Source: Babesia bigemina (taxonomy: Eukaryota). Taken from it: DNA of 64,000 nt. The stretch spans positions 2,108,001-2,172,000 of the forward strand of contig NC_027218.1 of the NCBI RefSeq assembly GCF_000981445.1. Direction: 5' to 3'. Shown here piece after piece: positions 1-11,605 of the stretch (the first letter of the stretch is position 1; every line of letters begins with the position of its first letter). Both the position numbers and the translations under genes were made by a program. The notes under the pieces were generated by a model. The model was not told where the DNA came from and did not search any database. It was given only the letters and a program-made list of their open reading frames with translations.

Positions 1-59
1 TACAATAGGTGCCATAGACAAGTGCACAGCAAATCATGCAAAATCGCGAGGAAACTCAC

Positions 60-336
60 CGGCATTCTCCGCATTGGCCTTCGCATCCGTCTCTCCGAAA
101 AACTTCAGCTGGCTCAGGCAGTAGTCAACGACAATCTCGTCCTCGACGCCCATCAGCTCGGTAACTCGGCGAGTTATCCACGGTTTGAACGCGTCTATTT
201 GAACCTTGGTGATGTCGACGGATTTTGAAAAACAGGCGGGCCACTTTTTAGACTCCAGAAGCTCGCGCTCCTTGCCAGCGAGAAAAGGGGTCTTCAAGTC
301 GCCGCTGTCGCGGCTGAAGCGCGAGCCCCGCAACAT
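60..336 (-). CDS. PWI-domain protein (SRRM1/SRm160-like), first exon; gene continues off the window
   Basis: KWPACFSKSVDITKVQIDAFKPWITRRVTELMGVEDEIVVDYCLSQL is a canonical PWI domain. ATG at 336; donor G|GTGAGT at 60/59. Confidence 0.85.
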
Positions 337-756
337 CGGCGGTGACGAAATGCGTTCGTACTTTTGACTCGTACGTATAGACAAGCATGTGTGCAGTAGT
401 ACACACCCTTATGCGAACATTTATGGCCTATTACGAGACCAGACACGGTTTTTGCCCTTAAACTGGTGACGCGGTATCGCGGCCCCATTGTTTACAGCCA
501 CGGTGTTCAGCGTGGCCCGCACGGTACCCTGTGTGAGGGATAGTTCATTTTTTATGACATTTCAGTGGAAAAGGTGGTCAGATGACCACTTAAACCACTG
601 TAGGAAAGGCGAGGGTTCAAGCTCTAGGCGACCCCGGGGAGGGCCGCAGCACACATCACAGCGAAAACACGCTATTTTATGGGCGTCTGCGTAGCACACA
701 CACGGTCGCAGACACACACACGGCATGAGGCGGCTCGTTAATCTACCAGATGGAGT

Positions 757-1765
757 ATGATGGACTTGAACGAATACTCCCATAAAAACCTGAACCACAA
801 CCAAGCTAAATTCATATGTAAGTCGACAACCAGGAATCATAAACCGTGGCGCAGACGAAAACGAAAAGAACTATTACTACGTCGTGAAGAGCTTCTCCGA
901 CAGAAATGTGCGCGCAGCACTCGAGCACAACGTTTGGGCGACTACACCTAAAAACGAGGGTACATTTGACGAGGCGTTCAAGAAGTGCGAGAATGTCGTG
1001 CTCTTCTTTTCCATCAATGGGAGCTCACGTTTCATCGGCTACGCCCTGATGCGATCGAGGCCAGGGAACTGCAGTGTACAGAATAACGTTTTCTGCCTAC
1101 CCAACGGAAGGCAGTTCAACGGCAAGCAATTCGATCTCCTTTGGATTAGGGTGGTGGAATTGCCATTCTCGGACTGTGTTCATCTTAAGAACAGCTTCGA
1201 CGACGGCAGGCCGGTGAAGGTCGCGCGCGACGGACAAAGGATTGATCAATCTACTGGAAAGGAACTGTGTATACTCTTCGAGAACAGGTTCTTGCAGAAA
1301 CCCATACCGTGGCAACCGGAAATGTACGGAAGCCAATATGGTGCGTACGTGATCAACCCTCAAGGATATCAATGCGTGGGAGTAGCCCCAGGTGCACAGA
1401 CCATACCCCCGTTGTCTGGATTTCCGGTTATACCAATATCTCACGCCCCAGTTGATTTGCAGCACATTGGCGTTGTGGCGCCTTACTACCAGGTGCCCCC
1501 CGTGTCGTCACCTCGGAATCAAAAAAGGTCGCGAAGTGGCGCAACGCCTCAAAACGGGCAGGCTGAAAAGCCCACTGACGTTGAAGGAGGGTACCGCATG
1601 ACCGAGGATCACGCGTTAAAGGCGGCGGAGTATAACCCGGCACTGGCAATTTTCCCTGTTGATTTAACGAATTTGTCATACGAGCACTACATCTCCCTAT
1701 ATAACGTCTCGCACCAGTACTGGATTGAACAACAGGAACCTGATGTTAAACCCGAAAGCGAGTGA
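757..1765 (+). CDS. YTH-domain (m6A reader) protein, YTHDC1-like; intron 818-854
   Basis: The 37-nt intron GTAAGT...GCAG joins ATG 757 in frame to ORF 884..1765. YYVVKSFS...NVWATT...VVLFFSINGSSRFIGYALM...VARDGQ are YTH motifs. Confidence 0.9.
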
Positions 1766-1769
1766 AACA

Positions 1770-2183
1770 ATGAACGCTGGAGTTTTTAAACTGATTGGCG
1801 GGCTCGTAGCCCAAAACCAATGGCAGAGATACAGCAGATCAACACGCGCTTATAATGCCGAAATTGGCTCAAGATGTTGTAACAAAATATTTTTCAGCCG
1901 TGAAATTAATGGTGATGATTTGAACATAAGCCGAAGAAGGCTCCTCATGCGAGTGAAAAATACCGGCATGAAGGAACTCGACGCCCTGCTGGATGGGTAC
2001 ATGGCCACACGACAAAACATAGACGCAAAAGGCGTCGCCGACTTTCACGCGTTGTTGGACATGGAGACCCCCAGTTTGTATCAAATGTTTCTCGTCAAAC
2101 AACAGTTACCTGAAAACCTCCAAGGAAACGTTGTTGCGGCAGAGATACTAACCTATGCTCAGGGGAAAAATCTAACGAGCTAA
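1770..2183 (+). CDS. SDHAF2: Succinate dehydrogenase assembly factor 2 (Sdh5/SDHAF2 flavinator)-like
   Basis: RRRLLMRVKNTGMKELDALL resembles the Sdh5 RRL..R....GM.E.D motif. The N-terminus is basic and presequence-like. ATG at 1770. Confidence 0.7.
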   Translation: MNAGVFKLIGGLVAQNQWQRYSRSTRAYNAEIGSRCCNKIFFSREINGDDLNISRRRLLMRVKNTGMKELDALLDGYMATRQNIDAKGVADFHALLDMETPSLYQMFLVKQQLPENLQGNVVAAEILTYAQGKNLTS

Positions 2184-2678
2184 AACCGTTGAAATGTCCG
2201 GTATATCACCTAATAACACACCGAACTAAAACTTTTTTATTGTGTTAATTTTGTGGCGGTGTGTGTTGCACAACCATGTTTGTATTGCGTGGTGCATTGA
2301 ATGGTAGCGTGTAGCTTGGCTACTTAGTGCAAAAACCTTTATCTATAGCACTGACATGGCTAAACGGGACCTGTGAGAAGAAGGCGGTGCTATGTAACGT
2401 TAGTGAAGCGAGGTGTGGGAGAATGCTGGAGAGCATCCTCGTTCGGCATGTCCAAAATACCGAAATTGCAGCGACCAATTAATACGGAAACTGCAACATC
2501 TACATCGTGTTTCCCGTGGCTACATTACTTTGTCGGTTACATGAAGTTAAGGTCGTGTGTGCGTCAGTTTCGTGGGTCTGTGAACCACCACCTTACCGTA
2601 CATGCTGCCCCAACAAATATCGTTAGATGATCAGCGGATATCATCTCACGGTGACTAGTGACAACATACATGCTACAT

Positions 2679-5600
2679 TTAGTGCGTAACACCAAGGTAA
2701 CCAATAGGGTCCTCGTCGAAGTAGTCGACGTCTTTGTAAAGTGAGAGCATCTTCCGGCCTTTCGTGAGTAAGGCCTTGACGTCGATGTGGTGAGAAGCCT
2801 TGGTGCGGATAAGGTGTGATCGTATACGCAGCACGTCCAGGCGGTACAGCATCGTGTTGGCGAAGACGAGGAATGCGAGAGACCAGAGTGCGACGATGGT
2901 GTAGATGAATGGCTCCCGGATGCCGTAGAGGAAATCGTCCATGGCGGTCATGAGTGATGCGATAGGCTTGCCATCGACAATTTCTTTCAGTTTACTCATA
3001 ACATCATAGCACTTGACTGTCGACTGCGATTTGCCCTCCGGTGGCGTGAACCCGTGAGTGTAGAGGAGGGGAAGGGCAGTGGAACACAGGTGGAGGGATG
3101 TGCACTTGGCAAAATCATGCTTCTTGAGTTCATAGTGCAGTTTTTCAAGTGACTCCCGCAGTCTGTCCGGCAGGTACACCGTCCAGCTGAGGTAGGTGTG
3201 GACAAAGCTCTGGGAGTACAGGGCGTAGGCCCGGTAGGTGATGGGCGGGCAGTGTGGTCGGCAGTTGGCAAAGTCACTGCCGCAGCCAACCAGTGTAGAC
3301 AGCGTCTTGGGATGCTCGTTGTCGTGGTTGTTATTGGAGATCATGTTGAGAGCCTCGGAGCCTCGGAGGCCACTGACAGCTTGGAGGTCGGAGGCACCAA
3401 GACAGTCCCAGTCAGGGCAGTCGGCATGTGACTTGGTGATGGCAGTGCCTAGTGAAGAAAGTGCCTTCAAAGCATACTCGTGCAGCTCATTCCCGAAATG
3501 ATGGAAGTACGACACAAGCTCCCCGGTGGTGCGCGGCGTCCGCCTGGTGAGGCAGTTGAGGTAGGACGCCAATGTCAGCAGGGGATCACTACCGCCGCAG
3601 CTGGGAGTGAGGATGGCGGAAATGACACTGCCCTGTTGCGATGTCTTAGGCAAATCCTTATCTCTGAATCCCATCCTGACACGGCTCTTGAGGCACAGGT
3701 TGCACGGGTCGAAGGGGTGAGTCTCGAAGTCGGAGTCCCAGCCGTCAGTCAGGAACGCCTGGAGGGGGGACGATGTCTTGATGTCACTGCCATATTTAGA
3801 ATCCTGCCAACCACCAAGGGATTTACCTCGTTTACACTGCGCCTTCAGGAACGCCAACTGGTGGCAGCAGGCGTAGACGTAGTCACGCAGCTGGCAGAGG
3901 AGGCAGGCTGGGTCGGGGGAATAATGAAGTTTATCATATTCTAATTTGAAGTCGATGTCAGATAGAGCATCGCCGGATTGCATACGCATTATTCCGTTCA
4001 GGACGTGTGCGGAGTAGAGACAAGCCTCGGTAAGGGTGTCGGCGATATGAGATGCGGACAAGGAGGATAGATCCCCGTTGACCTGGAGGGCATACTTAGG
4101 GTAGAATGTATCGCCGTTGAACACCATCAACAGGCCTTCGATGTGTCTCTCCATTTTGGCAATAAGTCCGTACGCATTGAGACCGACCAGCCAGAAGAGC
4201 ATGGCCTTGACGTTGGTGGGAGGCGGTAGATGGTCGGAGTCTGGTGGAAGGGGGAGGGTTGATGAGGTGGCAGAATCATGAGCGTAATTCCATGGGTTAT
4301 TGCACATGTTGGGGTTAGGATCAACGATGAGACCGTAGTTTATAACATTGTTCCATTTGGGATTATATTCAAAAATTTCATCGGACGTTTTTTTAGGGCT
4401 TGGACCATAAATTCGATAAGCTTCATGTGCGTTGTCTTCGAAATCATCCACGTTTAGTGATGGTGCCAAAGCGATATCAAAGTCACCTCCATGGAACATT
4501 TTTTTCAAATGTTCACTTTGAACAATTTCTCCAGCACGCTTTATGCTTTCCACATGTGCCTGGGTAGCATTCTTCTCCTTTTGTTCCAATTCTTCTTTAT
4601 ACACTTTCTTTTCGTCCGCTACACGTTGCCTCTGTTTCTCGTAATGGTCCTTTATACGCTGCGCTGCATCCTTACTCTTCTGCGCAAAGCTTTGCCTGTC
4701 GGTAGAGTCTACTACTTTAAATGTAATATCTGGATGCTTGAGTGAATCTGGCAATTCGCGAGGATCAGGTAATGCAGGAAGAACAGTTGTAATAGGCGGA
4801 TTCAATTGCATATGCTGAATCCTCCCCCGTCTTAATTCCTCTTCCGCATCCTTGTTGTGTTTTTTGATTTGATCCTTTTCTTTCCGCTCCAATGTTTGCA
4901 GCGCTTTCCGCTCGTCTATGTGTCGACCCAAATCATCTTGAATTTTCTCATGAAACAGCCTATCTCGTTGATCTTGCAATCGCTCCGGCAAATCATCGTC
5001 GATAGGTTTGCCCGTTATTTCGCGATACAGCAGACCAGGATACCACCACGGCCAGTGCTCACCATAGGCATCGTCGGTTGGCTGCGACCCATCTAATTGC
5101 GGCGCAGCCTCTATAAATTTCCTCTGCTCCTCTTCCTGTCTTAAGCGCGCTTCATTAGCTCTGTTGCTACGTTGCAATGTTTTCTGTATTCTATCTAAAT
5201 CCTCATCATGCTTTTTCACTCCTTTGCCCTGTTGTTTCCGCTTTTCCCACTCCGCCTTAGCCTTCTTTTCTTGTTCCGTGTTCACTGTTTCTTCATCTCG
5301 TCTAAGCTGTTCCACTTCCTCCTGCTGAGCTGTACTTTCCAACGATTTCAGAAATTTAATGCCCTCAACTTTTTTCTTTATTTTTTCCTGTAGTTCCTTA
5401 GAAGCGGTATCTGGAATTGGCTGACCATCAAATTCGGAAGGTTGATTAACGGCCATGCTACCATCGTCATGCCTACCTCTACCTTCTGCTGGCTCATAGT
5501 ACCGACGTCCCTGACCATCACGGCTACCGGGAGGCAGAGGATAAGGCCCGGGAGCAAGACGGCTGGGCTGAACTGAGGGGGTGGGATGAATTGGACGGGA

Positions 5601-8138
5601 AGGCCCGGGAGCAACAGGGCTGGTTGGAGTTGGACGGTTGGGTGGAATTTGAAATTGCGGAATTTTACGATTTGGATGTTTAGTATTACGGTCATTTAGT
5701 ATGTTTTTTACGACTGTTTTCTCATAAGCATTTGCGATTTTATTTTCTGCGTTTTCAGAGAGAGGTTTGCGATAAGACTTATTCGGCTTAGGACGACAGA
5801 ATGATGTGCCAGACATATCTACGGATTTAATTTGATTGGCAGGACACGTCGGCGAATGTTGTTTAACCAAAGCGGGATCCTGACCAACTCCCTTCCCATT
5901 ACTCCCACCAACCCCTCCAGCTCCACCGCCACCGCCACCCGAACCAGTGGTTGCCGTAGTAGCAGCGGTGGTAGAACTTGGCGATGTACCTTGGCCATTT
6001 TGTTGAGTGGTGCTAAAAGTGGACCCCTGGTCACCCGTGCCCTGACCACCGACTGGAGCAGGGACACTGGATGACGGGGGGACAGGACTGGAATCACTTG
6101 AAGGCTGAGTGGTTACATTCTGTGCAGGGGCACCAGGCTGTTGAGCTGTAGGACTACCGTCATTTGGACCTTTACTCGTACCACCTTGCTGACCAGGCAC
6201 AGAAGCAGACACCTTACCACTACCGGTACTAGGGACACCATGTGACGGAGTCCCTGAGCTTGAAATACTTGGATTCTGAGATTGCCCAGTTAATGAAGGG
6301 GCACCACTCTGCGATCCCTTACTCTGCCCACCCGGTTGACCAGGCGCAGAGGAAGGCCCCGGACCACCATTGTTACCAGAGACACTAGATGACGAAGAAC
6401 GTGGAGAGAGAGCACTTGACGATTTAGGAGGTAACGGCTGTGAAGCGCCAGCAGTATGCGAACCTTGAGCAGCACCGCCATTTGCACTCCCACCCCCGCT
6501 ACCCGGCTTACTAGAGGAGACAGGGCCTGCAGGAGTGCTGGGATCAGCTCGAGGGGGAGGGTTTGCCGGCGGTTGAGGTGGAGTATGTTGAGATGTAACA
6601 GTATTTTGAGACGAAGAAGATGTTGTAGAGCCGGTACTAGTAGGCCCTTGTGTGCCTTTACCACCTTGAGGCCCTGCAGGGCCTGGCGCTCCTTTAACAC
6701 CGGTACTCGGAGATGGAGAAGATGTGGTAGCTGATGAACTTGAAGGATTTCTTCCACTTTGAGCTTTGGTTTGATTTTGATTTCTCTCAGCTTTCTTGCC
6801 CTGGTTCTGTGCTCCCTCCACTTTCTTGGCCTGGTTCTGTGCTCCCTCAGATTTCTGGCTCTGATTTGGAGTTACTTTGGATTGACTTACAACAGGCTTC
6901 GCCGCCTCGGTTTTGACAGCGGGCTTTGTTGACGTGGATTCTCGAGCAGATTTTCTCTCCGGCGCAACTGCCTTGGGTGCTTCGGAGGAAGTGACAGGTG
7001 GGGGGGCAAGATTGGGACACGATGCTGTATACTCACCTTCTAAGATTGCTTTAAGCTGTATCAGCTTACTTTCAAGCTCGTTGAATCTCTGTAAATTAAG
7101 AGTCCACTGCTGCGGCAAGCCCCTTTTCAAAACGTTCGGTTTACTGCCGTCGAAAATGAACCCACGGGGATAAAGTTTATCGTTGGCAAATGATTGCAGT
7201 TCAGTCTTCTGCGAATTGATTGACTGAGGTATCATTTCACTCAATTCGCCTGCGGCTTTTGGCAAGTTTGCTCTAAACCATGTAGCGGATGTCTTGGCAA
7301 AATTGACTGCGTGTGTAGGCGTAATCCCTCTACCGGTAACAGAAAATCCTGCTCCCGTCAGCGTATCGATGTGTTCCTTCAGAAGTTGACAATGGTTTTT
7401 TAAATCTTGCCAACATATCTTTTTTCCAAGGCCCTTCTCTAAAGCCGCTTTAAAAGCCCCACCGTCAGCATCCTTCTCTCCGGCAACCAACACGCAAAAT
7501 ACATTAACCAAAGATACAGTGTTTCCAGTGTTGACGGCATGCCACGGTTTATTCGAAATTGTCAATGTAACATTTCTAAAATGATCATGCACAGGATTTT
7601 TTGTTCTAGTGTCAACTTCCTTATTCAAAATCTTTCTCAGTTCGTTTGCTACTGCACGTCCCTCTATATTATTAACCTCATGGACACTGAACCCACCACG
7701 AAGAATGTTATTTCCGGTAGTTAGAAAATTGCAAAGCTCGCCTCTCTGCAGCGACTGTGAAGCCCAATCTCCACCGCCAACATTGCTAAACGCATCATCC
7801 ACGTGATACTGCAAGTAATATAATGCAGCAAGAAACTTGGGGATGCATCCTAAAAGCGCGTCAAGAATTTGAGTTTTATCCCTTGTGTTAACATAATTAC
7901 TCGGTGTAGTAATTTTATTAGATAACAATTTAGTACGTAGAGCGGACACATTATTTAGGAAATTAACATATTGAACGTGTAACCCCCGCTTAAAACTTGG
8001 CATTTTTGGAAAAGAAGGCGTCAACCTTTGTACTAACTCAGTTACCACATTACTTTTTTGACCTTTTGGGCCGTTCAACCAGTCCAAGAACTCAAAGCAC
8101 TCCTTAAGAGTGTCCAACTTGACTCCATGCGTATCCAT
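2679..8138 (-). CDS. Babesia VESA-related variant-antigen-like family protein (copy 1), about 1819 aa: N-terminal globular domain, Ser/Pro/Gly-rich linker, coiled coil, Cys-rich conserved C-terminal domain, C-terminal TM
   Basis: Single long ORF with ATG at 8138 (MDTHGVKLDTLKECFEFLDWL). The C-terminus PFIYTIVALWSLAFLVFANTMLYRLDVLRIRSHL resembles the VESA1-type TM and tail. Paralogous to 11767-21767 and 62831-64000. Confidence 0.85.
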   Translation of the reverse strand: MDTHGVKLDTLKECFEFLDWLNGPKGQKSNVVTELVQRLTPSFPKMPSFKRGLHVQYVNFLNNVSALRTKLLSNKITTPSNYVNTRDKTQILDALLGCIPKFLAALYYLQYHVDDAFSNVGGGDWASQSLQRGELCNFLTTGNNILRGGFSVHEVNNIEGRAVANELRKILNKEVDTRTKNPVHDHFRNVTLTISNKPWHAVNTGNTVSLVNVFCVLVAGEKDADGGAFKAALEKGLGKKICWQDLKNHCQLLKEHIDTLTGAGFSVTGRGITPTHAVNFAKTSATWFRANLPKAAGELSEMIPQSINSQKTELQSFANDKLYPRGFIFDGSKPNVLKRGLPQQWTLNLQRFNELESKLIQLKAILEGEYTASCPNLAPPPVTSSEAPKAVAPERKSARESTSTKPAVKTEAAKPVVSQSKVTPNQSQKSEGAQNQAKKVEGAQNQGKKAERNQNQTKAQSGRNPSSSSATTSSPSPSTGVKGAPGPAGPQGGKGTQGPTSTGSTTSSSSQNTVTSQHTPPQPPANPPPRADPSTPAGPVSSSKPGSGGGSANGGAAQGSHTAGASQPLPPKSSSALSPRSSSSSVSGNNGGPGPSSAPGQPGGQSKGSQSGAPSLTGQSQNPSISSSGTPSHGVPSTGSGKVSASVPGQQGGTSKGPNDGSPTAQQPGAPAQNVTTQPSSDSSPVPPSSSVPAPVGGQGTGDQGSTFSTTQQNGQGTSPSSTTAATTATTGSGGGGGGAGGVGGSNGKGVGQDPALVKQHSPTCPANQIKSVDMSGTSFCRPKPNKSYRKPLSENAENKIANAYEKTVVKNILNDRNTKHPNRKIPQFQIPPNRPTPTSPVAPGPSRPIHPTPSVQPSRLAPGPYPLPPGSRDGQGRRYYEPAEGRGRHDDGSMAVNQPSEFDGQPIPDTASKELQEKIKKKVEGIKFLKSLESTAQQEEVEQLRRDEETVNTEQEKKAKAEWEKRKQQGKGVKKHDEDLDRIQKTLQRSNRANEARLRQEEEQRKFIEAAPQLDGSQPTDDAYGEHWPWWYPGLLYREITGKPIDDDLPERLQDQRDRLFHEKIQDDLGRHIDERKALQTLERKEKDQIKKHNKDAEEELRRGRIQHMQLNPPITTVLPALPDPRELPDSLKHPDITFKVVDSTDRQSFAQKSKDAAQRIKDHYEKQRQRVADEKKVYKEELEQKEKNATQAHVESIKRAGEIVQSEHLKKMFHGGDFDIALAPSLNVDDFEDNAHEAYRIYGPSPKKTSDEIFEYNPKWNNVINYGLIVDPNPNMCNNPWNYAHDSATSSTLPLPPDSDHLPPPTNVKAMLFWLVGLNAYGLIAKMERHIEGLLMVFNGDTFYPKYALQVNGDLSSLSASHIADTLTEACLYSAHVLNGIMRMQSGDALSDIDFKLEYDKLHYSPDPACLLCQLRDYVYACCHQLAFLKAQCKRGKSLGGWQDSKYGSDIKTSSPLQAFLTDGWDSDFETHPFDPCNLCLKSRVRMGFRDKDLPKTSQQGSVISAILTPSCGGSDPLLTLASYLNCLTRRTPRTTGELVSYFHHFGNELHEYALKALSSLGTAITKSHADCPDWDCLGASDLQAVSGLRGSEALNMISNNNHDNEHPKTLSTLVGCGSDFANCRPHCPPITYRAYALYSQSFVHTYLSWTVYLPDRLRESLEKLHYELKKHDFAKCTSLHLCSTALPLLYTHGFTPPEGKSQSTVKCYDVMSKLKEIVDGKPIASLMTAMDDFLYGIREPFIYTIVALWSLAFLVFANTMLYRLDVLRIRSHLIRTKASHHIDVKALLTKGRKMLSLYKDVDYFDEDPIGYLGVTH
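6772..6872 (-). repeat. About 3 degenerate 30-nt coding repeats (NQSQKSEGAQ NQAKKVEGAQ NQGKKAERNQ)
   Basis: Shares GAGGGAGCACAGAACCAGG with the 12985-13521 array. Confidence 0.85.
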
Positions 8139-8278
8139 CCTTTCCCCAACCAATCATACACTGGCCAACTTATATAAAACGCCACGGCAAGTGGCCATAC
8201 GGTGTTAGCCAGGAAACACTAAAGGGGTCAGAGCTCTAAGTTGACGCCCCTTACAAATTACCCTATCCAATCCATTTA

Positions 8279-8590
8279 GTGCACTAGGTGAAAAGGCTAC
8301 AAAGCGCCAAGCTGAGTGACAAAAGTATGTCATGACACAAAAACGGAGCGCGATCAGTTAGGACCCGCAGCCAATCACTTGCCCACTTCGCCCTCGTAGA
8401 CAACATGAAAGACTGAAACGATACCACCATCCCACCTACCTGAGAAGGGAAGGCGGCAGGTCTATGTATTTGGCAAGATTGTATCGTGGCTGGCATGAAC
8501 GGCTGGAGCACGGAGCACTCCATGAGGGTTCCGGGCGGAATATAGGATGCCTACCCTCACCCCGCATTGTCACGCCTCTGCAGCGCCTCA
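8279..8590 (-). promoter_or_regulatory. Conserved upstream/5'-UTR block of copy 1, inverted homologue of 11305-11605
   Basis: Reverse-complement matches: 8428-8441 = 11469-11482 (14/14), 8487-8510 vs 11398-11421 (21/24), 8279-8304 vs 11580-11605. Regulatory function is inferred. Confidence 0.6.
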
Positions 8591-11304
8591 CATCGGCGTT
8601 TCGCGGACATCAGGCACTCACGATGCAGCGTGCCTCTGTCGTTTGGATAGACACCAGTGCCTCATTTTAGCATTACCCCAATTACCACCGGAGATTGCGA
8701 ACATTACCCCACTTTGCCCTGGCCTAACGAGGTGCAGATTATAAATTGCTGCATCAATCGATGCACGAGGTTTATGCTTTGCAATTCGATATCTATGCGT
8801 AATATTGCCACAGCGACAACCTCGCCTGCCGTTCCCCCTCACCCACCTCCCAGCAGCATTGCACTGTAATACAGATCGCACTGCCCACCTCAGCTGACGA
8901 CCCAGCTCACTCATTAAGTAGACGGTCTACATGCCACAGACTCGTATTCAATACATTAGTGATGTCTAGACGAAATCACTATTGCTGCTAACTCTTCACA
9001 TCCCGACCACATTGCTGTCTCACCCCTAATTGAGCTGAGGGGCATAGAGAGTGTTTCACTGCCTTTCGCCACTCACCCTATTTTCCAAATCTTGGTCATC
9101 ATCATCTGATTCTGAGCTTCTCACTATGAAGCATTGTCTGATATCCTCCTACCATACCATCTGTCTGTGAACTAGTGGCTTAGTCCGATGGTGCCGAGGA
9201 TGCAACGCTTTGAAATTGTTGGAATGCGTCACTGCGACGTTACATATCATTTGAGTATGCCCATTGTATATACAATGATCGGATAGCGCTACTTTTTAAG
9301 GATATACCGCCGGTCGGCTGACGTGGCTAGACAGTTACTGCCGGTAATTGGTAAAGAAAAGCAGACTACTGAAACTCATAGCTAGACTTCACCAAGTGTT
9401 CATTGTTATGTGTTAGGTGCATTGTCGAAATTTCAGTTTGTGAGTAAATGAGCTAACCACTGTATCCCATCTTCTCACTTTAGAAGTGCAAAATGTAGAG
9501 CAAAAGCGTGATGGTACGTAAATAGATCTCACCTTATAACTACGCTAACTGCAAAACTACAGCACTCATACACGACTTAGATAACAGCAGACAAAGCGGC
9601 CGAATCAGCACCAGCATTTACCGCATTCTGCCATAAGCTAATGCCACCATTAAAGAAAAACCAACAGCTCGACCAACACGAACTATGACAATTAAATTGC
9701 CTAATTGCAATACGAGTTACCAAATGTGACGTGCTCATTTCTTGGCGTAATAGTTCTCGATTTGGATGGTGGACAGTACAGCGCCATTGACGGTCATGCA
9801 GTGGCACTCTGCCCTACCATGAGCTACCTCTCTGCAACTCAAGACATAAAACCAACAGGACATAATACAGGTGCAGCTACAGAGGAATAGTATCACTAGT
9901 CTGGAAATGAAAACGAAAAACAAAGACAATCTGGTGAAGCTGGAGACATGCAAGATGCGGATTTACTAGGAGCTGATGAAGGTCGGAGAGAGGGCTTTCA
10001 ACTATCATACGATTCTAAGAGATACCCTATGTGATAGAGTACGTGACTCCCGTATATTATTACTACCTTGTGAATGGCCCTTGTAGCCGAATAAGGTGGA
10101 TGCCAACACATGGTACCAGTAACGGTCGGCAACGAACCGACGTGGATTTCGCATCGCATACCAAAAGGGTGCACGTAATGAGTTACTAAAGAGTGCAGAA
10201 AGATGTGCCAAATAAACGTCAGGCGTCGGACACTTTACAACTTGAAACAGGCTTAACCTCATGTAATGACGGATCTTGCCATGCCGGCTGCATTTTGTGT
10301 CACTACAGCTCTTTGGAAGCTATGCGCGTGGCACTAATCCTTGCCAATGGCGTGAGATGCGACTACGGTTTGCTCTGTTTTTCAGTGGCTATCTGTAATG
10401 CAAAAAATTTGAAGGCGTCACATGTTTGTTTGTATACGAGCTCACAATTTAGAAAACCTGCAACTCCCATAACATCCAACATTAAATAACATGTAGTATC
10501 TAGCAGTGAGCTTCAGTAGCTTCAGTAATGTTGATGACCAATGCCTGGCAGCCCATGCCTAGCCACGCTAGACACGGGGGCAGGTCATACCAAGATATCT
10601 TAAAACGATGATCATATAAACAGCACGCATGATAATATGCTTTGCTGAGGTGCAGTGACTCAAATTAGTAATTGCAAAGCGTAAGCTTCTAGCTAATACC
10701 GGACTCAGTAACAGCCCACATTATGATGGGATGGGTAAAAACAAAAGCTCGAATCCCTCATGTTGCCTTGCTAGCCAGTAATAATATGACAGATATGTTG
10801 GAAAAAGCGCAAGTCAGAGAAGTCGGTGAAAGGCGTTCAGGAAATCTCATCTGAAACGGATAATCCATCTGCTCATGGCTGGGATATTAGACCTTAGATA
10901 ACACTACGTCGTTTTGTGCTTAAATGACGACATCATTACGATAATAACCGTACATGTGGTTGAGCGCCAATTATTAGAGCTAAGTGGTTAATCGAAGGCG
11001 AAGCGTTGGTAGGTGGATGTCTCCAAGACCACAACAGGTGGGAGCTGAGTAAAGCGTGACGCATTCAAGGACATAGCAGTGTGGAGTTCGAGACTTGGCG
11101 CTGTTTCAAAGGTAACTAATTTGATGCATTACTCTAAGGTTGAATTTACAACATCAAAAACGTAATGTAGACATGAATGTGGGGTAGGTTTATCAGTCTC
11201 CATATGACCTACTGGGCGTGATGCTTATGTGGTGTAAAACGCGCTGTTGTGATATCTCGGTGACGTATTTGGTAGCGGATGCTTGGGTGCTCCCCTAGTG
11301 CCTG

Positions 11305-11605
11305 GAGGAGACGCCTTAGCGGCGCCACAATGCTGGGTCAGAGGGGCTGTACACTATTCCACTCGGAGAACTCATGGGGAATCCCGTCTGCCAGCATTGC
11401 TCCAGCCTCTTATGCCAGCCAATATATGGTATTACCGTATTTATGGGCTCGTAGCCTTGCTTCCCCTTAGGTAGGTGGGATGCTTACAAGATAATTGTCC
11501 TGTCTAATGGGTTTTGAGAGGGCGAGATGAGTCTTTCACTGTTTTAATATTATGAGTAATGTAATCACTGGGCAAATCACTTTGTAGCATTTTCCACCTA
11601 GCGCA
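11305..11605 (+). promoter_or_regulatory. Conserved upstream/5'-UTR block of copy 2, including a candidate 5'-UTR intron donor AG|GTAGGT at 11471
   Basis: Collinear inverted homology to 8279-8590. Confidence 0.6.

Noticed and set aside
9600..10040. Purine-rich, coding-like stretch in the spacer between the head-to-head genes (possible decayed small secreted-protein gene)
   Set aside because: Multiple stops and no recognisable homology; cannot be supported without a search.
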